From contig NC_082708.1 in assembly GCF_030144855.1 (NCBI RefSeq), positions 36,580,001 to 36,644,000 on the forward strand: a stretch of 64,000 bases of DNA. Reading direction: 5' to 3'. Source of the DNA: Hypanus sabinus. Its lineage: Eukaryota. This document shows, one piece after another, positions 52,030 to 64,000 of the stretch. The position numbers and the translations under genes were made by a program. The first letter of the stretch is position 1. The number at the start of each line of letters is the position of its first letter. Under the pieces are notes generated by a model that worked only from the letters and a program-made list of their open reading frames with translations, had not been told where the DNA came from and did no database searches.

Positions 52030-52520
52030 AATGTCAAAGTTCAAAGTAAATTTATTATGTAGATCACCATATACAACTCTGATATTTGTGTTCATGTGGG
52101 CATACTCAATAAATCCAATAACCACAATAGAAACTGTGAAAGACCACACCCAACAGAGCGAACAACCAGCATGAAAAGGGCAACAAACTGTGTAAATATA
52201 AAGGAAAAAAGATATTAATTAATTAATTAACAAACAAACAAGCAGGCAATAAATATCACCAACATGAGATGAAGATTCCTGAAAAGTGAGTCTAAAGGTT
52301 GTGGGAACAGTTCAGTGACGAGGCAAGTGAAGTTATCCCCAGTGGTTCAAAGCCAACGGTTGAGGGGTAATAACCATTCCTGAATCTGGTGGTGTGGGTT
52401 CTGAGGGTCCTGTAGCTTCTTCCTGATGGCAGCAGTGAGTAAAAGGCATGGCCTGAGGGTTAGGGGTCTTTGATGATGGATGCAGCTTTCCTGTGACAAC
52501 ACTCTGTGTATATGTATGTA
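52030..52520 (-). mobile_element. Rex1/Babar-type LINE 3' end
   Basis: Homologous to 14985-15570. Confidence 0.8.
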
Positions 52521-53282
52521 GTTAAAGAGTTGCTGCAAGAAGGAGGGCTTCAGATTTACCGATCATTGGGCTCTCTTCCAGGGTGAGTGGAATCAGTACC
52601 AACAAGACGGTTTGTATCCGAACTGAAGGGGAGCCAATACCCTTGCCAGGAGGTTTGCTAGTGCTGCTGCTATGTCTGTGACTCAGGATGGTTTCAACTA
52701 AAATGGCTGAGAAAGGAAGTACAACAGAAGGGCAGCAGATGGTACGTTGAGATCAAGAAAGATGGTATAACTAGTAAGACTGAAAGAGAAGGACAAGCTA
52801 ATAAACATGATGGAACTGATGGGCTGAAATGTGCTTATTTCAATGCTAGGAATATTATGGGTAAGGAGTATGGACTTAGAGCCTGAATCAGTTTTATGAT
52901 GTAGTTTCCATTACAGAGACCTAGATGTGTGAGGTTCAGGATTTGGCAGCTTAGTGTTCCTGGATTCCATTGTTTATGATGTGATAGACAGGAGGGATTG
53001 CACCAGTGATAAGGGAGAATGTTGCAACAGTAATCAGAGAGGACTTCCTGGAGGGCACATACACAGAGGCAAATTGGGCGGAGCTCAGAAATTGGAGTGC
53101 AGCAGTTATATTGATAGGATTATATTTTAGACTCCCAATATTCTCTGTGACGTAGAGGAACAGATACACAAACTGATTATGGAAAGGTGCAAAAACAACA
53201 GAATTGTCGCACTGAGGGACTTTAACTTCCCTGGTATTGATTGGAATTTCCTTAATACAGGAAGTTCAGATGGGATAGAGTG
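52520..53282 (+). mobile_element. CR1 ORF1-end / APE fragment
   Basis: GANTLARRFASA; YFNARNI; DFNFPGIDW. Probably continues at 54320-54905 after the opposite-strand insertion. Confidence 0.7.
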
Positions 53283-54300
53283 TTTTCCCTGTGCAGTGCT
53301 AGCAAACCTTCCTGCAAGGGTATTAGTCCCCCTCCATTTCAGGTACCAACAGTCCTGCCTGTATAGATCCTTCACTGGAAGAGAGCTCAAATGATCCAAA
53401 TATCTGAAGCCCTCCCATCTCCTTAGCCACAGGAAAACTATATTATCTTGCAATTTCTGGCCTCATTAGCACATGGCACAGGCAGCAATCCTGAGATTAC
53501 AACCCCAGAGGCCCTGTCCTTTAATGTAGCACCTAGCTCACTGAACTCATATTGCAGAATCTTGTCACCCTTCCTTCTCATGTCATTGATACCAAGTAGA
53601 CTACGACCTCCGGCTACTCACCCTCCCACTTAAGAATGCTGTGTACTCGATCCGAGATGATTGACCCTAGCACCTGGGAGGCAACATACCATTTGGGAAT
53701 CTTGTTCTCATCCACAAAACCTCCTGTGTGTTCCTGAAACTATTGAATCCCCTATCACTACAGCTCGCCTCTTCTTTCCCCTTCTCTTTTGAGCCACAGA
53801 GCCAGACTCTGTGCCAGACACCTGACTGCTGTGGCTTTCCTCTGTTGGATCATCCCCTCCAGCAGCATCCGAAGTGATATACCTGTAACCGAGGGGAACA
53901 GTCACAGGGATACTCTGCACTGGTTTCCTATCTCCCCCACCCCTGACAGTCGCCCAATTATCTTATTTGACTGTAACTACCTCTGTGGATGTCCTGTCAA
54001 TCATCCCTTCAGCCTCCTGAATGATCTGGAGCTCAACCAGCTCCAGCTCCAACTCCTTAACACGGTCTGTAGGAAGCTGCAGCTGGATGCACTTCTTACA
54101 GTTGCAGTCCTCAGGGACACAGGAGGTTTCCCACATCCTGCAAGAGGAGCATTCAACTCTGCTGCTTGGCATTCCCACTGCTCTAACTGTGCAATAAGAA
54201 AGAAAGAATGAAAGAAAGAAGGGAAAAAAAGAAAAATCCACCTACAGCCTCTGCCTCTCCTCCCCAAAGCCTCTATGAACCAAAGCCTGAACTCCTCTCT
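53283..54300 (-). mobile_element. CR1 5' region, ORF1 (zinc finger/coiled coil and SGNH esterase-like)
   Basis: VECSSCRMWE...CKKCIQLQL..RVKELEL and AVVIGDSIV.G..RRFCG. Confidence 0.85.
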
Positions 54301-54319
54301 CTAATATTGGCCTAATGAA

Positions 54320-54905
54320 AGGAGCATCTATACAGTTAATGGTAGTACACTGTGGTAAAGAAGGACTCGGGGGTCCATTATACACTGAAATTGGCATTGC
54401 AAGTAGATAAATAGCATGTGGATGAAAGTGTATGGCATGTTTGCCTTCATTGAGGAGTGTTGAGTGTAAGTATAAGGAAGTCTTGAACCAGTCGCATACA
54501 ACCTTAATCAGACTGCATTCGGGGTACTGTGCGCATTTCTGGTTGCCCCAGTGTAGGGATAAAATGGAGCCTGTGCAAGGTTGCAGAAAAGGTTTACCAG
54601 GATGCTGCCTGAGTCAGAGAGTATGGGTTGGATAAACTTGGGTTGTTCTCCCAGGACATGCTTTTAAGGCCAGAGGTGGATGGCTTAAAGGTGACATGAG
54701 AGCCCAAGTTTTAATGCCAAAAGTGGTAGGTGCCTAGAATGGGTAGCCAAAGTAGGAGTGGGATCAGGCAGTTTTGTGGAGTTTTGAAAGACACAAGAAT
54801 ATGTAGGCAATAGAAGGATATGGATGATACACAGGAGGACATTTAGTGTAAATTGACATTGTGAGCTGAATAGCCTATCCAGTGCTGTACTATCCTGTGT
54901 TCAAT
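54320..54905 (+). mobile_element. Old CR1 3' fragment
   Basis: TLIRLHSGYCAHFWLP remnant and CR1 tail. Confidence 0.65.
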
Positions 54906-55957
54906 GTTCCATTTAATATGGTTTTCCATTCACATGAGTCACAATATGTCAGGACAAAATAACAAAAGTGTCCTTATAAAAAATATGTAAATGTAATAGA
55001 AAATTTGGTTGTCTGAACTCTTCTTGTCTGATCCTTGTAGATCATTTAATCAGCTCTTTAGCTGTCAATGTGAATCATAATTAATCTCTCACAAGAGGAA
55101 GTTCTATTAAAAAATGCAATAGAATGCATGAAATTTCTTTGGGATTTCTATGTGGTGGTTCTGAGGGTGATCACTGATGGTGACTCTGCGGGAGAATACA
55201 TTCAGGTACTAGGCCACCATTATCACTGTGGGCAAGACTTCTGCCATGAGCTGCTCCATACTGGGATCCTGATATTTCATCCAAAATCAGCTGAGAAGAT
55301 ACACACTTGTCCAGAATTTGGAAATGAAAATTGGTGGGGGTTAATATAATAGGCATCTGGTCTATTTTGGTAAAAGGGAATTTGGTCTTGTATTTTTAAT
55401 GAAAATCAGTCAAAAGGAGCAGAATACAGTATATGTCAACTATTGAAATAATCCATGGTGGTGGATCACCTGACCTCGGGGAGTATCCTGCAATAATAAT
55501 CAGCGGTTGGTAACTTTTGGGAGCAAAGGTTTGTTTAGTTGATTACTGGTTGATTATTCAGATACTTCCCTCTTTATATACCCTAAAATGTGAGTTCATT
55601 CATAATGCAAATATTTTTATGAGGTGTAGAAAAGTTCTTTCAAATTTTAAATTACAATCTTCCGCTTTAGCAAACCTTTGATAAGTGCTCTTTGCCCAGT
55701 GGTGTAAACTTAATCTAATCCAATTGATTACTCAACACTTTACATAAGTCATCCCAACACCCACACCAATTCTAAATAATTCTGTTTTAGTTTTGTTTTA
55801 TAATGAGTAAGTGATTGACTTTCGCCAGAGATTAGAAGTGAACTCAGTTCTGATTGCTAAAGTGAAATTAATTTTTTATTTTAAAAACTTTTCTTATGTA
55901 GGTATGTCGCTGATGTAGTGACATCTGACCAAAAGTTAAGACCTTTGACTTTTAAAG

Positions 55958-56804
55958 GTTTGTACATCAACGAGATCCACAATATATTGGAAAACTCGGG
56001 TATCAAGGCTTTAAGTTTGATATAAAATGCAGCACTGCTCCTGGTTCCTGCACACTGGAGAACATTTCTACTAAAGAAACTGGAATGGAATCAATACACA
56101 GTTCAGATCATCAGAAAGTTCCCATTTCTGTAGTGGTCATGTGTTTGGAGTCAGCAACATATACCTCAGGAGAAGAGTTTTTCATTGGGTACAAGCAAGA
56201 TAACAAAACTCAGATCATTAATCCCAAGGGAGATCAGGACAAGACTTCATCATCACTCTGCTGTATCAAGAGGCCATTGGAATTGTACAGGGAGTCTGAA
56301 CTTGCCAGTCAGAGTATTGAACCCAGTGGACGTCGGCAGCATGAAATTTCGCTGTACCCCACAGAATGGACTTTGAAAAGTAATGTTGTGGAACCAGATT
56401 CTGCTTCAGTTCGGAAGATGCCTTCTGTTTCCTCCATGTATAAAAATACATGCAGTTCAGCAAATTCACCATCTGAGCTAAAAGTCAAGAATCTTGGATC
56501 AAGTGTTATTGTATTTTCTGATTATGTGTGTCAAGCTGAATCTACACCCCATAAAAACACTGAACTCTACATCTGTGAAGCATCAGATGGGTTTTGTGAA
56601 CCATCTTCGTCTGAAGATAATTCCACAGAGATGTCACATAATGCAGGATATTTTATGAGAAAGAGAAGGCAAGGTGTCAGTGGAGAGCAGAGATGCAATG
56701 CTGCCAATGTGAGTGCAAGACTCTGCCAGTTTAGGAAATACACTGAGGATCTAGAGGTCCCTGATAAAGACAATCCAGGGGAGAATAAAGAAATGAGAGA
56801 AGAG
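55958..56804 (+). CDS. Large coding exon of an unidentified host gene (Ser/Glu/Lys-rich, probably disordered)
   Basis: 282 open codons of non-TE sequence ending exactly at a phase-0 donor GAG|GTAAGG (56804). Acceptor is either tttgacttttaaag| (55957) or ttttcttatgtag| (55901); the latter would make ATG 56085 (ggaATGG) the start. Confidence 0.7.
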
Positions 56805-57744
56805 GTAAGGATATCAAAAAGTTTTAAATTATGAAAATATCTTTGCAATGGATGGTTCTGCAAATATATGTATATTATGCCAAATGTAGCATTTTTCTAA
56901 ATGTACTACATAAAATGAAACTAGAAGTGCTTTCTGTTTCATTTTATGTTAATACTGCAGTTAGAAATGGTCCACATGTCAGGCCGCATCTGTGGAGAAG
57001 GAAAAATATCATAGTAACTGCAGTATGTTGACATTAATATGGTTTATTCTTAAACAAGCAGAAAAACCTAGTTTGAATTTAGGTTTATTATAAACTAAAG
57101 TATTTTTTTATTAAATTATGTCACATGCACAGTTCAGCAATCTTTGATATAAAATGGGAAGAGAACAGCAAAACACAGATAAGTGAATATGGTTTGGTTT
57201 AGCTGGGACAAAGCAAAGACAAAGTTAGAACTGTGATTTTCGCAGTGTACAAATAGGCAACAAGTTATATTTTTTCAATATAAAGTAGCTTCATTTCTGT
57301 TACTTCTGCTAGAGATTAATAAGGAAAGAATTAAGTCATTCTTTACAGAAGTATCTCTTGGATATAGATCAGCAGCTTCATTATTCCAAATGATTTAAGA
57401 ATGTACAGCCCAATAATTCAAACCGAAAGTAAGGTTTTTGTAATTGAATTTGCTAGGGATTAGATTTAGGGAATCACTGTACAAGGTTGATACAGGTAAA
57501 TAAATGGTGAAATATTGTGCATTGATCTCCAATACAATGAGAATGATGCTGTGGTTGCAGCCAGTGTCGTGATTGACTCCATTAGTGTGGAATGAGTGTT
57601 TGCCTTAAGGGCCACCTTGAGACCCGGAATGCAAGTAAAATATCTGGAATAATAAACTACAAAGCATAACATGAAGTAAAAAAGAAAGGTTCTGTCTTGG
57701 AATCTTATGATTTATTCATAAGGAGAGATGAAATCTGGTCATAG

Positions 57745-58070
57745 ATCATAAAGCGTAGAAGCAGATTTAGGTCATTTGGCCAATTGGGTCTGCTCCGCCA
57801 TTTGATATGATTGATTTATCTTCCCTCATAATCCCATTCTCCTGCCTTCTTCCCTTAATGGCTCAAGAACCTATCAACCTCTGCTTTAAATATACCCAAA
57901 GATTTGGCCTCCATTGCCATCTTCGGCAATGAATTCCACAGCTTCACCACCCTCTGGCTGAAGAAGTTCCTCCTCATCTCTGTTTTAAAGGGATGCCCTC
58001 CTATTCTGAGACTATCCTAGATTCTCATACTATTGAAAACACCCTCTTCATGTCCATTCTATCTAGCTGT
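57745..58070 (-). mobile_element. CR1 3' end
   Basis: Homologous to 49700-50040. Confidence 0.75.
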
Positions 58071-58474
58071 TCTGGTTGCTGCAACTGGACAAAAAAAAGA
58101 TCTGAGAGTGCCAAACAGTAACTCTACAGTCACTGTAATTACAGAGAAAGATAGATGGCCCAATCTATCTACAGAGAGCTCATGTCGAGATAGGTTCTAG
58201 GTTTAGGTGTAGGGAGGAGTAGGATGAAAGGACTCCTAGCACGAAGCAAAAAATGTCAGGGGCAAGGAGGAGCGTTCTAATTTCTGTGCCTCCTTAGATC
58301 TGACCAAGTAAAAGTTTTGAAATTAAGGTATTTTACAACACAAGCAGAGGCTATTCAGACATTGGTTCTCTGACAGTTGACATGGACACATTCAGCCTAA
58401 ACCCACTTCCTGTCTTTTGAGTTTAATCATCCAAACAGCAATTAAATATGATGAGAACTTTTGTGAGAGACCCA

Positions 58475-58602
58475 GTTCAGTTGAAAGGTCTCCACCTGAA
58501 ATGTCGATTTCTTATTTCCCTCCGTAGGTGCTGCTTGACCCATTGAGTTTCTTCAGTGTTTTGTGTGTGGCTCCAAATTCCAGCATCTGCAGTCTCTTGT
58601 GA
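58475..58602. repeat. Penelope-derived mini-element half
   Basis: Degenerate hammerhead remnant then ttccagcatctgcagtctcttgtg. Confidence 0.6.
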
Positions 58603-60029
58603 CTATATTACAGCAATGCTGTGTAGTGGATGATCAAATGGATTTACTTAATGAAAGTTTGTGAGGTTTATAGAATAACACACAGCAACTCAAGTATCAT
58701 TAAGTATCTGCTCCAGTTATTGTTATAGTCCATTGAACAGCCCAGTTAAAGCAAAATCATGCACAAGTCAGTGCTTCCAGCAGTGATTTGGTGCTTTTGC
58801 TTCAGAAGCCCCAAAATTCATTTATTGAAGAGAAAATAAATAATTTGCATTTGTATAACATATTATTTAAAAGGACTTTAGTACCAATTCTGATCAACTG
58901 CAGCAGCCACATTGCACTCAGCAAAATCCAAAAAGCAGGTAATTGATGCGAGTTGAAAGGATAAATGTTGTCCAGGCCATTAGCAGAACACTCCTACTCA
59001 CCCAGTAGTCCTGATGTGCCCATTTGAGAAAGCAGACAGAACCCCAAATCTTATAGCTGATGAATCCTCTCAGCTTGTTGCCAGGACTTCTTGGGTCCAC
59101 TGATCTGCCTCCTGGCTTTTCTTCTCAAATTCTATTATCAACTGGTAATGAGCATGAGGACCTGAAATAATCCGTGTTGCACCACTTCACTGAACAGCCA
59201 AGTCTGTGTGTGCAGGCATTACATACTGGCGAGGAAGTGTGGAAGTTTGTGTTACCATCCTCTCTTTCTTCATTTTTGTTTTTAGGTATTAGGTAAAGGG
59301 AGGAAATTCATCGCTATGATGCTTTGACTTTATGTTGCCCCTCCCCCCCGGCACAGCTGAAAGTAGTCAGTAATTTTCTTCCTTCTTTGGTGACTGGCTA
59401 GCTAAGAGTTAAACCCCATATGTAAGTAAGAATTGCCCATAGTTTGTACACTGCTCTCAGATCCAGAGAACATTCATAAACCAAAAATAGCACGTATCGC
59501 TGTGTGTCAGATTTTGGTCACATCTTTAGCTAGCTGTGGAGGCACTCTAGCTCCAGGGACTTAATTAGCAGACAGGATAGGGTTTAATGAATCCCACAGC
59601 ACAGATTCATGGTATTCTACAATGAAAGCACCTTGTGTGTGCACTTGCTTCCAAAGTGTTGTCAAGTAGCAATCTATCAAACACTATGTTTTAATCTGAT
59701 GAGCTTTTCCTTGTAAGTGCTACTTTAAAAAGGTTACTTCAAACTTACATTTTTTTAAATAGCCATTAAATCATTTTAGCAGTGAAATTAATTTTTGGAT
59801 AACTGCTTTTATTTTTACTGCAAAGTATTAACACTTATCACTAGAAATTATTCAGTGTAGTTTTAGTCTGTGAGTGGCTTTATAATGATAGAAAGAAATC
59901 TGAGCAACTGAGCAAAGTAACTCCAATTTTCACAAATAATGTCATTGTAAACATAAAGTCTAGTGTTCTAGGTAAAATTCAGGTTAATTTTCAGGTGTTA
60001 TTGTAGACAGGTGAGTCTCACGTCATTGG

Positions 60030-60990
60030 TAAGCAAGTTACTGGAGGGAATTCTTAGGGATAATGTGAGCATATGGAAAACCATAGCCTAATTAGGGAAA
60101 GCCAACTTGGCTTTGTGTGGGGCAAGTTGTGACTTACAAACTTGATTGAGTTTTTTGACAAAGTGACGAGAATGATTGATGAAGGTAGAGCTATGGATAT
60201 TGTCTACACGAATTTTAGTAAGGCATTTGACAAGGTCCCTCATGGGAGGCTCATTCAGAAGATTAAGATGCACAGGGTCCAGAACTGACTTACAAACAGA
60301 AGACAGAGGGTATTGGCCTTATTCCAGCTGGAGATCTGTGATTAGTGTTGTTCTGTATGGAACTGTACTGGGATCTTTGCTGTTTGTGATGTATATAAAT
60401 GACCCTGATGAAAATGTAGATTGGTGGGTTTGTAAGTTTGCAGATGATACAAAGATTGGTTGTGTTGTGGATAGCATAGAAGACTAGCAAGGAATATAAT
60501 ATGATTTAGATCAGTTGCAGATATGGCAGATAGAGTTTAATGCAGCCGAATGTGAAGTGTCATGCCTTGGTAGGTCAAATGCAAAGAGACGATACACAGG
60601 AGGTATCTGATAAAGGTTTCTAGGATTATGAGAGGCATAGATAGAGTAGCCAGACGGTATTTTTCCCGGGGTTGAAGTATCTAAAATCAGAAGCCATGCA
60701 TTTAAGGTGTAGTTTCAAAGGAGTGGGTACTTTCAAAGCAGATATGAGGGCAGATTTTTTTATTTGGTCAATTTTTTTTGCCTGAGGTGGTGGTAGAGGC
60801 AGAAACATTGGGGATTTTAAGAGACATTTAGATAGGCACATGAAAATGAAGAAAACGTAGATACATGAACATTGTGTAGGCAGATTTCATTTGTTTAGTT
60901 AGCCTTTTGATGGCTAATTTCATTGGTTTGGCACAGCATTGTGGGCTGAAGGGCCTGTTCCTGTGCTGCACTGCTCTATGTTCTATTTTC
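60030..60990 (+). mobile_element. CR1 RT fragment
   Basis: SCLTNLIEFF-like segment, KAFDKVPH, KFADDTKIG and CR1 tail. Confidence 0.85.
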
Positions 60991-62364
60991 TATGAGTGAG
61001 GTGTTATTTCCCTTGTTTAAGAAATGTTAATTCTCTAATCTGCATCAAGTGTGTGCACCTGGGATTATATGTGTTGTGAGTATTGAAGCAATTTTGTCTG
61101 AAGGATGAATGGACATGCTGTGTAAGAAAAGCCAATTAAAACACTGACCTATTGAAATATGATGTTACTGGAGCAAAAAGAGAACTCTGGAACTGCTGCT
61201 TATGGAATGTTGTGTGATCCCTTCAAGTTCATCCTTAACTCTGGCACTAGCCAAAGGTTCCAAAGTTGATGGCTTGATTGGGTATCATCATCCAAACACT
61301 TGTGTCACCTTTCATCTGGCTGCATTACTGCAGAATTGTAATCTTAATTAAATCTGTTCATACCTGGTCAATAAAGAATTGTTTCCCCCTTCTTTACGTT
61401 GATATAATGAGTTAAGGTAATGTATTTCATGGCATTTTCAGCATGTCTTTGTTATCATCACCTATTTGGAATATAAGCAAAATAACTTGTTCTGGATGCT
61501 GGTTGAATCAGTGGATACATATGCTAGCATTATTTGGTATTTGCTCAGTTGGAGTACATTTGGTAGTGTGATATTTGCAGCTCATTACTCAAGATATATT
61601 TACACTACTTCAGTGATGCTCCTTTAATTCTATGACTTCCAAGGAAACATATTTACCTTTTTAAAAAAAACTCAAATCATGATACATATTGTACAAATGG
61701 TTTCAATATTTCATCTAAAATGGAAAAGGAATTGAAGTGCTACTGATAGTAAAAAGACAGGAAATTATAAACTCTTTGTAATTCTCTGCAAATCTTAATA
61801 AACCGTGAATATTTTCATAGAATCATGGGGTTGGATTGTAACATGGAAAGAGTGTATTGACTCCATTGCATCCAGGTGAGCTCTCTAACTGAGCAACTTG
61901 GCAGTTCCACTCTCTGTCCCTGCTCCATAGACTTGCAAGTATTTCTTCAGAGATGCTTGTCCTGTAAACCAGCAAAAGGTATAAAACTATTTAAAGAAAA
62001 AACCCAAGCAAGTTCCCGAATAGTGGTTAATCAGCTGAGGTCCAGAAATGTAAAAGTCAATAGTTGCATGAGCTTTGTAGCTAAAGTTAAAGGATCAATT
62101 GAGTCTAGTCAGAGGATAGTCTGGGAACTGATGAAGTAATATTTCAATGAACATTTATGAGCAAATGCTCTAACAAAGTTAGGGAATCATGCAATGTGAA
62201 AGACAAGGCATATCTGGCTAACTTAATACAAGAGTTTGGCCAAGCAAAGAGCTAAAAGGAATGCATAAGATGAAATACAGTACAGCATTTTTCAGAAATG
62301 ATTGACAACAAATGCAAATGAAGAAGCCTTTGCCTGAACACAACAAAATCTCAACAATCCTTCA

Positions 62365-63207
62365 AGCAGGGAGTCTGCAAAAGGATTTAGACAGATTAGG
62401 AGAATGGGCAAAGAAGTGGCAGATGGAATATAGATGAGAAGTGTATGTTCATTCACATTGGTAGAAGGAATAAAGGCATAGAATATTTTCTAAACGGGAG
62501 AAAATTCTAAATCAGAGGTGCAAAGGGGCTTGGGAGTTGTCATGCAAGATTCCTTTAAGGTTAACTTGCAAGTTGAGAAGGTGGTAAGGAAGGCAAATGT
62601 AATATTAAAGCAAGGATGCAATGCTGAAGTTTTATAAGGTATTTATTCATCAGACCACACTTGGAATATTGTGAGCAGTTTTGAGTCACTTATCTAAGGA
62701 AGTACAATATGTGCTGACATTGGAAAAGGTTCAGAGAAAATGTGCGAGAATGATTCCGGGAATGAAAGAGTTAACACATGAGAAGCATTTGATGGGTCCA
62801 GGCTTGTACTTACTGAAGTTTAGAAGAATGAGTGGGGATCTCATTGAAACCTATTGAATACTGAAAAGCCTAGATAGAGGGGATGAAATAGAAGATGTTT
62901 CCTATAGTGGAGTGTCTGGGACCAGAGGTTACAGCCTCAGAATAGAGGATCACACCTGTTGAACAGAGATAAGGATGAATTTCTTTAGCCTGAGGGTGGT
63001 GAATCTGCGGAATTCAATGCCACAGACAGCTATGGAGCCAAATCATTTGATATATTTAAAGCAGAAATCTTTAGGGTTTTGATTAGTTATGCTTTCAAAG
63101 GTTATGGGAGGAAGGCAGAAGAATGGAGTTGAGAGGACCATGATTGAATGTGAGGCAAACTCATTGGGCTGAATGGTGTAATTCTGCTCCTATGTCACAT
63201 GGTCTAA
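62365..63207 (+). mobile_element. CR1 3' fragment
   Basis: LQKDLDRLGEWAKKWQM, RPHLEYCEQF and tail. Confidence 0.85.
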
Positions 63208-63209
63208 TT

Positions 63210-64000
63210 CCTTCTACCGAAATGCATGGCCATACACTTCCCTATACTGTATTCCCTCTGGACCTCTTTGCTCAATCTCCCAATCTATGCAAGTCCTTCT
63301 GCAGACTTCATGCTTCCTCTATCAATCTTAATATTGTCTGCAGCCTTGGCTACAATGTCATCAATTCCATCATTCACATAATTTAATATAATATAAAGAA
63401 TAGTGAACCCAATGCCCACCCCTGAGAAACACCACTAGTCACTGGTAGCCAGTCAGGGAGGGCCGTCTTTATTTCCACTCTTTGCCTTCTCCCGGTCAGC
63501 CAATCTTCTGTCCCTGCTAGTACCTTATCTACAATACCATGGGCTCTTATATTGTTTTGCAGTTTGCCAAAGGCCTTCAGAAAATCCAAGTAAGCAACAT
63601 CCACTGAGTCTCCTTTGTTTATCCTGCCTGTCATTTCCTCAAAGAATCCCAAGAGATTAGTCAAGCAAGATTTTCCCTTAAGGAAACCATGCCGACTTCA
63701 GCCTATTTTATTGAGATCCTAAAAGTACTCTAAAACCTCATCCTTAATCCTCTAACCACTGATGTCAGGCTAACTGGCCTATAGTTTCCTATCTTTTGTC
63801 TTCCTCCCTTCTTAAAGAATGGAGTGACATTTGTGATTTTCCAATCTTCTGGAACCTTTCCAGAATCTAGTGATTCTTGAACGATTGCTACAAATCCCCC
63901 CACAATCACTTCAGCTATCCCTTTCAGAACCCTGGGGTACAGTCCATCCAGTTCAGGGACTTACAGACCTTTCAGCTTCCCATACAACCTTTCCTTAGTA
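63210..64000 (-). mobile_element. CR1 RT fragment running off the window
   Basis: TNLLGFFEE, DVAYLDFLKAF and VTSGVSQG. Confidence 0.85.

Noticed and set aside
56655-56690. Assigning the coding exon to PRKG or a PKA regulatory subunit
   Set aside because: Only a short motif matches; no leucine zipper, D/D domain or cNMP domain is visible.
6514-62365. An apparent multi-exon plus-strand gene (segments near 6514, 10897, 13363, 14197, 15988, 16385, 17856, 39159, 40633, 47172, 59286, 61442) that reads as plausible protein if every TGN becomes CGN and every TAR becomes CAR, suggesting massive U-to-C editing or stop recoding.
   Set aside because: Stop density in these segments equals random expectation. 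Donors had to be chosen flexibly. Alternative frames of the same stretch (e.g. 18112-18170) looked equally good. A control stretch (30001-30180) also looks protein-like after the same substitution. TG excess and CG depletion are normal for methylated vertebrate introns. Only homologues with R/Q at the stops, or T>C RNA-DNA differences, would revive it.

Overview
Repeat-dense vertebrate nuclear DNA, most likely from a cartilaginous fish (ray/shark; inferred from the CR1, Penelope, Rex1-type and SINE repertoire). More than half of the window is transposon-derived. It holds the 5' part of a Gypsy LTR element plus two solo LTRs, many CR1 LINEs (one young nested pair), Penelope-like elements with a hammerhead ribozyme and derived fold-back mini-elements, Rex1/Babar, Tx1, L1 and RTE fragments, a hAT relic and Tc1 elements. 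Only one host coding exon is convincing (+ strand, about 55958-56804, unidentified). Several stop-containing exon-like segments upstream may be UTR exons. Most notable: (1) a Tc1 element whose 3' half, TIR end and host flank reappear about 4 kb away, inverted and circularly permuted, as expected from reintegration of a DNA circle; (2) a Gypsy element with no tRNA PBS, having instead a 12-nt complement of its own LTR polyA-signal region; (3) hammerhead-centred fold-back mini-retroelements with 12-13 bp TSDs. A 'massively recoded gene' hypothesis was tested by eye against a control region and rejected. All calls are by eye, and boundaries of old repeats are approximate.
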